The position numbers and the translations under genes are program-made. A DNA stretch of 38,752 nucleotides from an uncultured Rickettsiales bacterium (GTDB lineage Bacteria; Pseudomonadota; Alphaproteobacteria; Rickettsiales; UBA1997). Numbering within the stretch: position 1 is the stretch's first letter; every line of letters begins with the position of its first letter. The stretch lies in assembly GCA_948744995.1 (NCBI GenBank), contig CAPZCD010000002.1:1-38752 (forward strand), read 5' to 3'. Positions 26,811 through 35,661 of the stretch are shown here, piece by piece. Below the pieces are notes generated by a model. That model searched no databases. It had not been told where the DNA came from and worked only from the letters and a program-made list of their open reading frames with translations.

Positions 26811-27164
26811 ATGACTGAAAATAAAAAATACGCAAGCGCTTATTTAAGTAATTTAAAGACAAGTCCACTTAAATTAAGCAAGATTACCAGAGCTATAAAG
26901 GGTATGCCGGTTGAAGAGGCTACTAAGCAATTAACCTTTTGTAACTTAAGATCCGCTAAAGCTGTTAAAAATTTGTTGAAATCAGCTATGACTAATGCCG
27001 AAAATAATCATGGAATGGATATAGATAAGTTATATATCTACAGAATAGATGTTGGTAAAGCTTTTGTTATGAAAAGATTTGCTGCTAGGGCTAGAGGTAG
27101 AGGAACTAGAATTCTAAAACCTTTTTGTAATCTTAGAATTATTTTAACCGAGACGGAGGAATAG
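26811..27164 (+). CDS. rplV: 50S ribosomal protein L22
   Basis: SPLKLSKITRAIKGMPVEEA...L.F....AK.V..LL.SA..NAE.N; operon position. Confidence 0.92.
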   Translation: MTENKKYASAYLSNLKTSPLKLSKITRAIKGMPVEEATKQLTFCNLRSAKAVKNLLKSAMTNAENNHGMDIDKLYIYRIDVGKAFVMKRFAARARGRGTRILKPFCNLRIILTETEE

Positions 27165-27166
27165 GT

Positions 27167-27784
27167 ATGGGTCAGAAGGTAAATCCAGTTGGTTTTAGAA
27201 TAAATTTAAACAATAATTGGAGTTCTGTTTGGTATGATGATAGAAACTACAGAGAAAATCTCATAAAAGATCTTCAGATGCAGAACTATGTCATGAAGAA
27301 CTTTAAGAATTGTTCTATAGCAAGGGTAATTGTTGAGAGGACTGGTAATCATACAACTGTTTTGATAAAGACGTCTAAGCCTGGTGTTATAATAGGTAAA
27401 AAAGGTGCTGATATTGAAAGGATAAAGAAGAATATTCAGCAAAAAATGAAAGAGAAGGACGTTGCTATTAAGATAGTTGAAGTTGAAAAACCGGATCTGG
27501 ATGCTGAATTGGTCGCTCAATCAATTGCTAGACAAATTGAAAATAGGGCTGCTTTCAAGAGAGTTGTTAAGAAGGCAATCCAAAATGTTATGAAGTACGG
27601 TGCATTGGGAATTAAGATAACTGTTTCCGGTAGGTTAAATGGTGTAGATATTGCAAGATCAGAAACCTATAGGGAAGGTTCTATACCTCTACATACATTG
27701 AGGGCAAATGTTGATTATTCCCATGTTGAAGCACTTTGTACCTATGGTATTATAGGTGTGAAAGTTTGGATCTATAAAAAGTAA
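27167..27784 (+). CDS. rpsC: 30S ribosomal protein S3
   Basis: MGQKVNPVGFR, KH-domain GVIIGKKGADIE, GRLNG.DIARSE.YREG.IPLHTLRA.VDY. Confidence 0.95.
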   Translation: MGQKVNPVGFRINLNNNWSSVWYDDRNYRENLIKDLQMQNYVMKNFKNCSIARVIVERTGNHTTVLIKTSKPGVIIGKKGADIERIKKNIQQKMKEKDVAIKIVEVEKPDLDAELVAQSIARQIENRAAFKRVVKKAIQNVMKYGALGIKITVSGRLNGVDIARSETYREGSIPLHTLRANVDYSHVEALCTYGIIGVKVWIYKK

Positions 27785-27871
27785 CGATATTTCAAATAAA
27801 TATTGACTTTAACTATGGATAGATTAAAACTTAAACGCTTTATGTTATAATTATTGAAGTAAGAGATACAG

Positions 27872-28285
27872 ATGTTATTACCTAAGAAAACTAAACATAG
27901 AAATTTTCAGAAAGGTGGAAAACGGATATGTGGTGTTGCTAATGCTGGTTCCTCTATAGTCTTCGGTACATTTGCTCTAAAATCATTAGACGCAGGAAGA
28001 CTTAGATCTAACCAAATTGAAGCGGCAAGACGATGTATAACCAGAACTATGAAAAGAGCTGGAAAGATGTGGATTAGAGTATTTCCACATATTCCAGTTA
28101 CGAGTAAAGCTCTTGGAGTGAGAATGGGTGGCGGTAAAGGCGCCATTGATTATTGGATGTGTCAAGTAAAACCAGGATTGGTTTTATTTGAACTCGACGG
28201 GGTATCGGATGCTGTGGCTGTAGAGGCTCTACAAAAAGCTTCCGCTAAATTACCGTTCAAAACAAAAGTTGTTAAACTTATTTAA
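27872..28285 (+). CDS. rplP: 50S ribosomal protein L16
   Basis: MLLPKKTKHR..QKG, QIEAARR.ITR..KR.GK.WIRVFP..PVT.K....RMGGGKGAIDYW. Confidence 0.95.
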   Translation: MLLPKKTKHRNFQKGGKRICGVANAGSSIVFGTFALKSLDAGRLRSNQIEAARRCITRTMKRAGKMWIRVFPHIPVTSKALGVRMGGGKGAIDYWMCQVKPGLVLFELDGVSDAVAVEALQKASAKLPFKTKVVKLI

Positions 28286-28293
28286 AGAAAGGA

Positions 28294-28470
28294 ATGATAA
28301 TGGTAGAAGAAGACAAGAAGAAAATGAAAGAAGAGATTGTTGAGTCTAAAAAGAAATTACTTTCTTTAAGAATTAAAAAGTCTAGTGGCGACTTGAAGGA
28401 TACTTCTTTGTTTAAGAAGACAAGAAAGTCCATAGCTAGGTTGTTTACTAAATTAAATAGTCAGGATTAG
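28294..28470 (+). CDS. rpmC: 50S ribosomal protein L29 (short ORF absent from the supplied track)
   Basis: Read manually: MIMVEEDKKKMKEEIVESKKKLLSLRIKKSSGDLKDTSLFKKTRKSIARLFTKLNSQD. It has the L29 pattern (..L..LR......G.L......K..R+.IAR..T.L) and fills the rplP-rpsQ gap. The alternative start 28300 is in the same frame. Confidence 0.85.
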   Translation: MIMVEEDKKKMKEEIVESKKKLLSLRIKKSSGDLKDTSLFKKTRKSIARLFTKLNSQD

Positions 28471-28472
28471 GC

Positions 28473-28712
28473 ATGGCTAAAAATGATATTAAAGTTAAAA
28501 TAATTAAAAAAGCCGGCGATAAGACTGTAGTTGGTGAAGCGTCATTTCTTAAACAACATCCTATATATAAAAAGTATGTTAAGGTGTATAAGAAATATAT
28601 GATTCATGATGAGGGCAATGTTGTAAAAGTTGGTGATGAGGTTTTTATAAAATCTTCAAGACCATTTTCCAAGATGAAGACGTGGGTTATTGTTGATAAG
28701 GAGGGAAAGTAG
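28473..28712 (+). CDS. rpsQ: 30S ribosomal protein S17
   Basis: 79 aa, KTVVGEASFLKQHPIYKKYVKVYKKYMIHDE.N..KVGD.V.I..SRP.SK.K.W; operon position. Confidence 0.92.
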   Translation: MAKNDIKVKIIKKAGDKTVVGEASFLKQHPIYKKYVKVYKKYMIHDEGNVVKVGDEVFIKSSRPFSKMKTWVIVDKEGK

Positions 28713-28715
28713 ACT

Positions 28716-29084
28716 ATGATACAAATGGAAACTAGTTTAACTGTAGCAGATAACTCAGGCGCTAAATCAGCAAGGTGTATAAAGGTTTTAGGTGGTTCCA
28801 ACCACATGGTTACGGGAATTTCTGATGTTATAGTTGTTTCTATAACCAGTGCAATTCCGGGAGGAAAAGTTAAAAAAGGTGATGTAGCTAGGGCAGTTGT
28901 GGTAAGGACAAAAAAGGAAATACAGCGGCAAGACGGCAGTACCATTAGATTTGATGATAATGCTGTAGTTCTAGTGAATAAAGATGGTACTCCTGTAGGT
29001 ACTAGGGTGTTCGGACCGGTTGCTAGGGAGTTAAGAAATGGCAATTTTACAAAAATATTATCGTTAGCACCAGAGGTATTATAG
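28716..29084 (+). CDS. rplN: 50S ribosomal protein L14
   Basis: [17 protein letters not shown]...CIKVLGG; 122 aa. Confidence 0.95.
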   Translation: MIQMETSLTVADNSGAKSARCIKVLGGSNHMVTGISDVIVVSITSAIPGGKVKKGDVARAVVVRTKKEIQRQDGSTIRFDDNAVVLVNKDGTPVGTRVFGPVARELRNGNFTKILSLAPEVL

Positions 29085-29086
29085 TT

Positions 29087-29395
29087 ATGGCGGCAAAAAT
29101 TAAGAAAGGAGACACCGTAGTAGTATTAACAGGAAAGGACAAAGGTAAAACCGGAGAGGTTTTGGCAGTTACTCCTAAACAACAAAAGGTACTTGTTGCC
29201 GGTGTTAATATTGTAAAAAAACATAGAAAACCAACTATGAATTCTCAAGGACAAATAGTTGAAATGGAAAAACCAGTTCATATTTCTAATGTCTCTTTGA
29301 TGGAAAATGGCAAGCCTGCCAGGGTTGGTTTTAAGGTTGAAGATGGAAAGAAATTTAGAATTTTTAAAAAAACTGGTAATAAGGTAGGTAATTAG
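29087..29395 (+). CDS. rplX: 50S ribosomal protein L24
   Basis: KOW motif [22 protein letters not shown]; operon position. Confidence 0.93.
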   Translation: MAAKIKKGDTVVVLTGKDKGKTGEVLAVTPKQQKVLVAGVNIVKKHRKPTMNSQGQIVEMEKPVHISNVSLMENGKPARVGFKVEDGKKFRIFKKTGNKVGN

Positions 29396-29396
29396 T

Positions 29397-29933
29397 ATGT
29401 CTTATTTGAAAGATTTATATCAGACTAAGGTAAAGAAAAATTTAAAAGAGAAGTTTGGTTATAAGAATGAACTTGAGATACCTAAGCTGGAAAAAGTTTC
29501 GTTAAATATAGCTTTTAAGACTGCTGATGTTGATCCTAACTTTCTGAAGTATGTGGTGGATCAGCTTTCGCTAATAGCTGGACAAAGGGCAGTTTTGGTG
29601 AATGCTAAGAAATCGGTTGCAAGTTTTAAACTAAGGGAAGGTACCCCTATTTCATGCATTGTTACCCTAAGAGGTGATAGAATGTATGAATTTTTAACAA
29701 GGTTGGTTTATGTTGCTTTACCAAGAATTAAAGACTTTAGAGGTCTATCCAGTAAAAATTTTAACCAAAGCGGGCATTATAGCTTCGGGATTAAGGAACA
29801 TACGATATTCCCTGAAATTGACCTGGATAAAGCTTATAAAGTTTTGGGTATGAATATAAATATAGTTACAAGCGCAAAGACTATTGATGAGTGTAAGGCG
29901 CTGTTATTAGAATTAAATTTTCCTTTAAAATAA
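29397..29933 (+). CDS. rplE: 50S ribosomal protein L5
   Basis: LK..Y...V...L.EKFGYKN.LEIPKLEKV.LN, LSLIAGQRAV...AKKS.A.FKLREG, ALPRI+DFRGL. Confidence 0.95.
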   Translation: MSYLKDLYQTKVKKNLKEKFGYKNELEIPKLEKVSLNIAFKTADVDPNFLKYVVDQLSLIAGQRAVLVNAKKSVASFKLREGTPISCIVTLRGDRMYEFLTRLVYVALPRIKDFRGLSSKNFNQSGHYSFGIKEHTIFPEIDLDKAYKVLGMNINIVTSAKTIDECKALLLELNFPLK

Positions 29934-29945
29934 AAGAGAGAGGAT

Positions 29946-30251
29946 ATGGCAAAAGTAAGTGCAATTGATAAAAATAAAAAAAGAAAAGAAAAGATAGAAA
30001 GATACAGCGGTAAAAGAGCTGAATTAAAAAAAGAGGCTGAGGATACTAGTTTATCTCCTGAGGTTAGGGTAATTGCTATGATAAAATTATCCGAATTACC
30101 AAGGAATTCTTCTAAGGTTAGGTATAGAAATAGGTGTGCCATAACCGGAAGGCCTAGAGGTTACCATGGATTTTTTGGCATTTCGAGAATAATGCTGAAG
30201 GAGTTAGCTTCGTGGGGTAAAATTCCTGGTTTAAAAAAATCAAGTTGGTAG
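29946..30251 (+). CDS. rpsN: 30S ribosomal protein S14
   Basis: RNRCAITGRPRGYHGFFGISRIMLKELASWGKIPGLKKSSW C-terminus. Confidence 0.95.
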   Translation: MAKVSAIDKNKKRKEKIERYSGKRAELKKEAEDTSLSPEVRVIAMIKLSELPRNSSKVRYRNRCAITGRPRGYHGFFGISRIMLKELASWGKIPGLKKSSW

Positions 30252-30258
30252 GTAGTTT

Positions 30259-30648
30259 ATGAATCACGCAGTATCTCAATTAGTTACTTGTCTTAAGAAC
30301 GGACAAATGGCTAGAAAAGAAAAAGTTATTACCCCAAGCTCTAAATTAAAGCTTGGTATTTTGGAAATTTTAAAGAAAGATGGCTTTATTAAAGACTTTC
30401 TTGTTGATAATAATGGAAGTTTTGATATAATAGAAATAACTTTGGCATATAATGGCCTCCAACCGGTTATAAAAGAAATTGAAGTTATTTCGAAGCCCGG
30501 TAGGAGAGTTTATTCTAAGGTTGAGAACATACCAGTCGTTTACAATGGCCTTGGTGTTGTTATTCTATCTACTCCAAAAGGTGTAATAACTGATTATGAT
30601 GCTAAACATTTAAATGTTGGCGGTGAGTTGTTATTAAAAATATTTTAA
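30259..30648 (+). CDS. rpsH: 30S ribosomal protein S8
   Basis: L..LKNGQMA+KE.V..P.SKLK..ILEILKK.GFIKDF, ISKPGRRVY, GVVILSTPKGV.TD..A...NVGGE.L. Confidence 0.95.
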   Translation: MNHAVSQLVTCLKNGQMARKEKVITPSSKLKLGILEILKKDGFIKDFLVDNNGSFDIIEITLAYNGLQPVIKEIEVISKPGRRVYSKVENIPVVYNGLGVVILSTPKGVITDYDAKHLNVGGELLLKIF

Positions 30649-30658
30649 TTGGATTTTT

Positions 30659-31195
30659 ATGACTAGTAGAGTAGGGAAATTACCAATTAAAGTTGCCGAT
30701 GATATAAAAGTAGATATAAGTGGTACGGTTGTGACCCTTAAAAAAGGCAACAAGACAAAGACTTATGATTTTGGTAGTAAGGTTGACGTTTTATTTGAAG
30801 ATAAATGCTTAATTGTTAAAGAAAAAGAAAATGTAGCGGATTCCGTTGTTTTTTCGGGTCTTCATAGGAGTAATTTGAATAATTTAGTTCACGGTTTAGC
30901 TGAAGGTTTCAAGGTAGTATTAGAATACAATGGTGTTGGTTATAGAGCTGTAGTTTCTAAAAACTTTTTGGTTTTGGGTCTAGGCTATAGTCACGATATA
31001 GTTATAAAAATTCCTTCTGATATTACGGTAACACCTGAAAAACCTAATCTAATAATTATACAAGGTGAGGATAAAGAAAGAATCGGAACGTTCGCATCGA
31101 GGATAATTTCGTTTAGAACTACTGAACCTTACAAGGGAAAAGGTATAAAGTATCAAGGTCAAGAAATTCTGAGAAAAGAGGGTAAAAAGAAGTAG
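30659..31195 (+). CDS. rplF: 50S ribosomal protein L6
   Basis: SRVGKLPIKV, NGVGYRA, EPYKGKGIKY.G; 178 aa. Confidence 0.95.
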   Translation: MTSRVGKLPIKVADDIKVDISGTVVTLKKGNKTKTYDFGSKVDVLFEDKCLIVKEKENVADSVVFSGLHRSNLNNLVHGLAEGFKVVLEYNGVGYRAVVSKNFLVLGLGYSHDIVIKIPSDITVTPEKPNLIIIQGEDKERIGTFASRIISFRTTEPYKGKGIKYQGQEILRKEGKKK

Positions 31196-31202
31196 GTAAG
31201 TT

Positions 31203-31559
31203 ATGAATAAAGAAATATTACAAAGAAGAAAAGCTAGAAACTCCTATAGAGTTAAGGCTAATAATAAAAGTAAAAGACCTATTTTAAATGTTTTTAAGAG
31301 TAATAAAAATATTTATGCTCAAATAATTGATTTAGATGGGAATGTAAAGGTTTATGTTTCTACAAAAACCAAAAGTATGGTTGACAATGTTAGTGGTAAG
31401 AGTGGTGCCGAAAAGGCAGCTTTAGTTGGTGCTGAATTGGCAAAAGTAGCCAAACAATCTGGCATCACTAAGGTTGTTTTCAACAAGGGGCCTTATCTTT
31501 ATATTGGTAGGGTAAAATCATTAGCAGAAGCAGCAAGAGAAAATGGTTTGGAATTTTAA
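31203..31559 (+). CDS. rplR: 50S ribosomal protein L18
   Basis: RP.L.VFKSNKNIYAQIID..GNV, A..VG..LAK.A...GI.KVVFN+G.Y.Y.GRVK.LAEAARENGL.F. Confidence 0.95.
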   Translation: MNKEILQRRKARNSYRVKANNKSKRPILNVFKSNKNIYAQIIDLDGNVKVYVSTKTKSMVDNVSGKSGAEKAALVGAELAKVAKQSGITKVVFNKGPYLYIGRVKSLAEAARENGLEF

Positions 31560-31582
31560 ATATGAACGAATGGTAAGAATTT

Positions 31583-32224
31583 ATGTACAAAAATAAAGAA
31601 GTAGTTAATCTGTTGGAGAAGCTTATATGTGTAAACAAAGTTTCAAAGACTACTACGGGAGGTAAAAGATTGGCTTTTGCCGCTCTGGTTGTTGTAGGAG
31701 ATGGTAAAGGCAGGGTTGGTTATGGTTCTGGAAAAGCAAGAGAAGTAGCTGATGCAAGGAATAAAGCGTTAGAAAATGCTAAAAAATCTATGATAAAGGT
31801 TCCCTTAAAGGAAGGTAGAACTATACACCATGATTGCGATGGTAAATATGGTTGCGGACATGTAATTTTAAGGCCGGCACCAACTGGTACGGGAGTTATT
31901 TCCGGAGGACCTATGCGAGCTGTTTTTGAATGTCTTGGTGTTAAGGATATAGTTTCTAAATCTTTAGGAACAAATAATCCATACAACATGATATTGGCTA
32001 CATTTGAAGCCTTAAGAGGTATGAATTCTCCAAAAAATGTGGCTGATAGGAGATCTAAACATGTTAGTGAAGTTATAAAAAGGCGAAATGTTATTGTAAA
32101 AAATAATCCCTCTGTTGTGACTGAAAGCGATAAAAAGGATGCAATGTCTGAAGAAGAGGAGCTTCCTAATGTTGTTGAAGAAGAAGTTGTTGTTAGTGTT
32201 ACCGATAATGTTTCTGAGGAGTAG
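31583..32224 (+). CDS. rpsE: 30S ribosomal protein S5 with an acidic C-terminal extension
   Basis: EKLICVNKVSKTTTGGKRLAFAALVVVGDGKGRVGYGSGKAREV; the core ends at ~aa 170 and is followed by ~45 extra residues rich in E/V/S. Confidence 0.93.
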   Translation: MYKNKEVVNLLEKLICVNKVSKTTTGGKRLAFAALVVVGDGKGRVGYGSGKAREVADARNKALENAKKSMIKVPLKEGRTIHHDCDGKYGCGHVILRPAPTGTGVISGGPMRAVFECLGVKDIVSKSLGTNNPYNMILATFEALRGMNSPKNVADRRSKHVSEVIKRRNVIVKNNPSVVTESDKKDAMSEEEELPNVVEEEVVVSVTDNVSEE

Positions 32225-32226
32225 TT

Positions 32227-32433
32227 ATGTTGTTAAAATTTGAAGAGATTGAGAATAAGACTATTTTAGTGGAACAAACTGGTAGCGAAGCCGGCACTAC
32301 AAAAAAACAAAGAGACACACTAAAAGGCTTAAAATTAAGGGGAATTGGTTCAAAGGCGGAATTCAAATGTTCTAAAGATATTTATGGGATGCTTTTGAAG
32401 GTTTCGCATCTGATTAAGGTTAACTTGAAATAG
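32227..32433 (+). CDS. rpmD: 50S ribosomal protein L30
   Basis: 68 aa, ...[26 protein letters not shown]........IYGML.KV.HLIKV; position between rpsE and rplO. Confidence 0.88.
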   Translation: MLLKFEEIENKTILVEQTGSEAGTTKKQRDTLKGLKLRGIGSKAEFKCSKDIYGMLLKVSHLIKVNLK

Positions 32434-32441
32434 GTATTGTT

Positions 32442-32864
32442 ATGAAATTAAATGAATTATCAAGTATAGCTAATAAGGGCAAAAAAAGACTCGGAAGAGG
32501 TGTTGGATCTGGTAAAGGCAAGACTTCCGGTAGAGGCCATAAAGGTCAAAAAGCTAGAAGTGGTGCTGTTATAAAAGGTTTTGAAGGTGGACAAACTCCT
32601 ATATATATGAGATTACCTCATAGGGGTTTTAATAACATATTCAAAAAACATTACAAAGTTATCACAACGGATTCGATACAGAATATGTGTGCAAGTGGCT
32701 CTCTAGATCCAAAAGCTGTTATAACAAAAGAAATTCTAGTTTCTAAAAAAATTGCAAAAAAAAATGAAAGTGTTAAAATAGTAATGGGCAAAAAACCTGT
32801 AGAAATAGAATTTAAAATTGAGGCCGATAAGGCTTCAGAAAATGCTAAAAAATATCTGAAGTAG
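32442..32864 (+). CDS. rplO: 50S ribosomal protein L15
   Basis: [27 protein letters not shown]...[14 protein letters not shown]. Confidence 0.95.
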   Translation: MKLNELSSIANKGKKRLGRGVGSGKGKTSGRGHKGQKARSGAVIKGFEGGQTPIYMRLPHRGFNNIFKKHYKVITTDSIQNMCASGSLDPKAVITKEILVSKKIAKKNESVKIVMGKKPVEIEFKIEADKASENAKKYLK

Positions 32865-32870
32865 GTTGAA

Positions 32871-34130
32871 ATGAGTTTAGAGCTAAGAAATAGAATACTT
32901 TTTACACTATTTATTCTTATAATATATAGGATTGGTACGTTTATACCACTACCTGGTATAGATAGCAAGATAGTCTCGGAATTCTTTAGTGGAAGTTCCA
33001 ATGGTATTTTTGGTGTAATAAACACCTTTTCTGGTGGTGCTTTCCAAAGGATGAGTATTTTTGCTTTGAATATAATGCCTTACATAACGGCTTCTATAAT
33101 TATACAACTGATGACCTCTATGTACAAGAGTTTAGAAGAGCTTAAAAAAGAAGGCGAAGTTGGGAGAAGGAAGTTAAATCAGTATACGAAGTATTTGGCA
33201 CTTACTCTGGGTATGTTTCAGGCTATAGGTATATATTATGCTTTCTCTAATCTAGAAAAATCAGCTTTTATTAGTTCTTCAAAAATATTTTTGTTCACAA
33301 CAATCTTTACATTGTTGGGAAGTACAATGTTCCTGATGTGGCTTGGTGATAAGATTACAAATCAAGGTATAGGTAATGGTATATCGCTGTTAACTACTAC
33401 CGGTATAATAGCAGAACTACCGGGTAACCTAGCTTCAATTTTTGAAATGACTAAATCTGGTAAATATTCAACTGGTTTTGTGCTATTTCTTTTATTTTTA
33501 TTTGCTTTTTTGATAGCTTTTGTTGTTTTTATTGAAAAAGCCACCAGAAATGTTAAGATACAATATCCAAATAGAAATATATTTAGAATAAAAAATGATA
33601 ACTCCTATATACCACTAAAAATAAATATTTCGGGTGTTATTTCACCTATTTTTGCAAGCTCAATTTTAACTTTTCCTTTAGGAATTTTACAATTTTTTAA
33701 ACCGGAAATAGCGGTGAAGATTGCCAGTTACATACAAAAAGGTAGCCTTCTCTATTCCTTACTATTTACGGTAACGGTTGTGTTCTTTTCCTTTTTTTAC
33801 TCGGAAATAGTCTTTAATATTGAAGAGCTAGCAGAAAATTTAAAAAAAGGTAACTGTTTTGTTCCAGGCATAAGACCTGGTAAAAATACCGCTGAGTATT
33901 TTTCAGAAATAGTTAATAAATTGACTTTTATCGGATCTCTATATTTGGTGTTTGTTTGTATAATACCAGATGTTTTATTCAAGAGATACTCTGTCCGAAT
34001 TTCCATAAGCGGTACGAGTTTATTAATTGTAGTTAGCACTATAATTGAGCTGATAGCACAATTCCAATCCTATGTGTTTTCAGAAAAATATAATAGTGTT
34101 AACAAAAGAAGAAGGGTAATAGTAAGGTAA
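32871..34130 (+). CDS. secY: Preprotein translocase subunit SecY
   Basis: LRNRILFTLFILIIYRIGTFIPLPGID, F.GGAF.RMSIFALNIMPYITASII.QL, LMWLGDKIT..GIGNGISL; 10-TM layout. Confidence 0.95.
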   Translation: MSLELRNRILFTLFILIIYRIGTFIPLPGIDSKIVSEFFSGSSNGIFGVINTFSGGAFQRMSIFALNIMPYITASIIIQLMTSMYKSLEELKKEGEVGRRKLNQYTKYLALTLGMFQAIGIYYAFSNLEKSAFISSSKIFLFTTIFTLLGSTMFLMWLGDKITNQGIGNGISLLTTTGIIAELPGNLASIFEMTKSGKYSTGFVLFLLFLFAFLIAFVVFIEKATRNVKIQYPNRNIFRIKNDNSYIPLKINISGVISPIFASSILTFPLGILQFFKPEIAVKIASYIQKGSLLYSLLFTVTVVFFSFFYSEIVFNIEELAENLKKGNCFVPGIRPGKNTAEYFSEIVNKLTFIGSLYLVFVCIIPDVLFKRYSVRISISGTSLLIVVSTIIELIAQFQSYVFSEKYNSVNKRRRVIVR

Positions 34131-34134
34131 TTTT

Positions 34135-34800
34135 ATGCTTAGGATAATTTTACTCGGGCCTGCCGGTTCCGGAAAAGGCACACAAGGTTCCCTTATTTCT
34201 CAACGCTATCACATACCGGTAATATCTACCGGCTGTCTTTTGCGTGAGAAGATCAAAGCTGGAGATGAGCTTGGCAAGCAGATTGATTCGATTATATCTG
34301 CTGGCAATTGTGTCAGTAATGATTTAATTTTTGATATTTTAGGTGAAAGATTAAAAGGAGATGACTGCAAAGATGGTTTTATTCTTGATGGTTTTCCTAG
34401 GAATATCGAACAAGCCATTGAATTAGAAAATAGATTTCTTGGTGGTACAGAAGTTGACGCTATTTTAACTTTTAATATCCCAAGAGATATAGTATTTAAA
34501 AGAACATCAGGTAGATTTGAATGTAATTCCTGTAAAAAAATGTATAATAGGTTTTTTAAAGATACTAAAATAAACGGTGTTTGTGATGTTTGCGGATCAA
34601 CTGATTTTTTTATCAGATCTGATGACGCTAACGTTGATGCTATAAATAGAAGGTTAGACATATATGAAAAAATGTCTAGCGAGATAATAGGACATTATAG
34701 TTCGAAGAACTTGATTTATTATGTAGATGCGCTAAAAAGTATAGACGAGATTAATCAAGATATTGTTAAAATTTTGGATAATTTAGATATTAATAAATAG
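34135..34800 (+). CDS. adk: Adenylate kinase (zinc-lid type)
   Basis: P-loop ILLGPAGSGKGTQG, GFILDGFPRN..QA; the lid has CNSC....CDVCG Cys pairs. Confidence 0.93.
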   Translation: MLRIILLGPAGSGKGTQGSLISQRYHIPVISTGCLLREKIKAGDELGKQIDSIISAGNCVSNDLIFDILGERLKGDDCKDGFILDGFPRNIEQAIELENRFLGGTEVDAILTFNIPRDIVFKRTSGRFECNSCKKMYNRFFKDTKINGVCDVCGSTDFFIRSDDANVDAINRRLDIYEKMSSEIIGHYSSKNLIYYVDALKSIDEINQDIVKILDNLDINK

Positions 34801-34813
34801 AATGAGGTAGAAA

Positions 34814-35215
34814 TTGGCTAGAATAGCTGGTATAAATATACCTACAAATAAGAGGTTTGTTGTGGCTCTGACTTACATTTATGGTATAGGTAGGAGCCGA
34901 GCCGAGAAAATATGTGATGAACTAAAGATTGATAAGAAGCTAAGAACCAGTGAAATTTCGGAAGAAACACTTACTAAGGTTAGAGATCTTATAAATAAAC
35001 AGGCGGCTAATGATGATGACGATCCATCAACTGTTGGTCTTGTGGAAGGTGATCTTAGAAGAAAGGTTAATTCAAGTATTAAGAGACTCATTAGCCTTGG
35101 ATGTTATAGAGGGATTAGGCATGTTAAGAAATTGCCTGTTCGCGGTCAAAGAACTCACAATAATGCTAAGACAAAGCGTGGTAAGAGAGTTCCTATTGCT
35201 GGTAAAAAGAAATAA
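34814..35215 (+). CDS. rpsM: 30S ribosomal protein S13 (TTG start) with a small acidic insertion
   Basis: [30 protein letters not shown]...S.IKRL...GCYRG.RH...[10 protein letters not shown]+T+. An extra [12 protein letters not shown] precedes VEGDLRR when compared with the remembered E. coli S13. Confidence 0.93.
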   Translation: MARIAGINIPTNKRFVVALTYIYGIGRSRAEKICDELKIDKKLRTSEISEETLTKVRDLINKQAANDDDDPSTVGLVEGDLRRKVNSSIKRLISLGCYRGIRHVKKLPVRGQRTHNNAKTKRGKRVPIAGKKK

Positions 35216-35226
35216 GAGGTATAATA

Positions 35227-35643
35227 ATGGCACAAGATAATAAAACTAAAGGTCAAGGTAAAAAGGCTGTTACGCCTGCAAATAAGAGAAGAAGAAATAT
35301 AGTTGTTGGTTCTATTAATATACTTGCTTCGTTTAATAATACCATCGTTTCTGTTTCCGATTCACAAGGTAATGTTATAGCTTGGTCGTCTTCTGGTAAA
35401 ATGGGTTTCAAAGGATCAAGAAAATCTACACCTTATGCCGCTCAAATGGTTGCCACTAATGCCATAGATAAGGCAAAAGAATATGGACTTCAAACGGCGA
35501 CGGTTGTGGTTAGAGGGCCAGGAGTCGGTAGAGAATCAGCTTTAAGAGCACTACAGGGGAGTGGTATTTCTGTCATATCCATAACGGATAACACCTATCA
35601 TCCACATAATGGATGTAGACCACCAAAGAGAAGAAGAAATTAA
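35227..35643 (+). CDS. rpsK: 30S ribosomal protein S11
   Basis: G...[42 protein letters not shown]...[11 protein letters not shown]. Confidence 0.95.
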   Translation: MAQDNKTKGQGKKAVTPANKRRRNIVVGSINILASFNNTIVSVSDSQGNVIAWSSSGKMGFKGSRKSTPYAAQMVATNAIDKAKEYGLQTATVVVRGPGVGRESALRALQGSGISVISITDNTYHPHNGCRPPKRRRN

Positions 35644-35661
35644 TTTAACTAGGAGAACGAA

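Noticed and set aside
24331-34661. Many antisense ORFs within the ribosomal protein operon (e.g. 26195..26639, 28604..29044, 32651..33025, 34209..34661)
   Set aside because: Each lies opposite a confidently identified, highly conserved gene. They have odd compositions and no independent signals.
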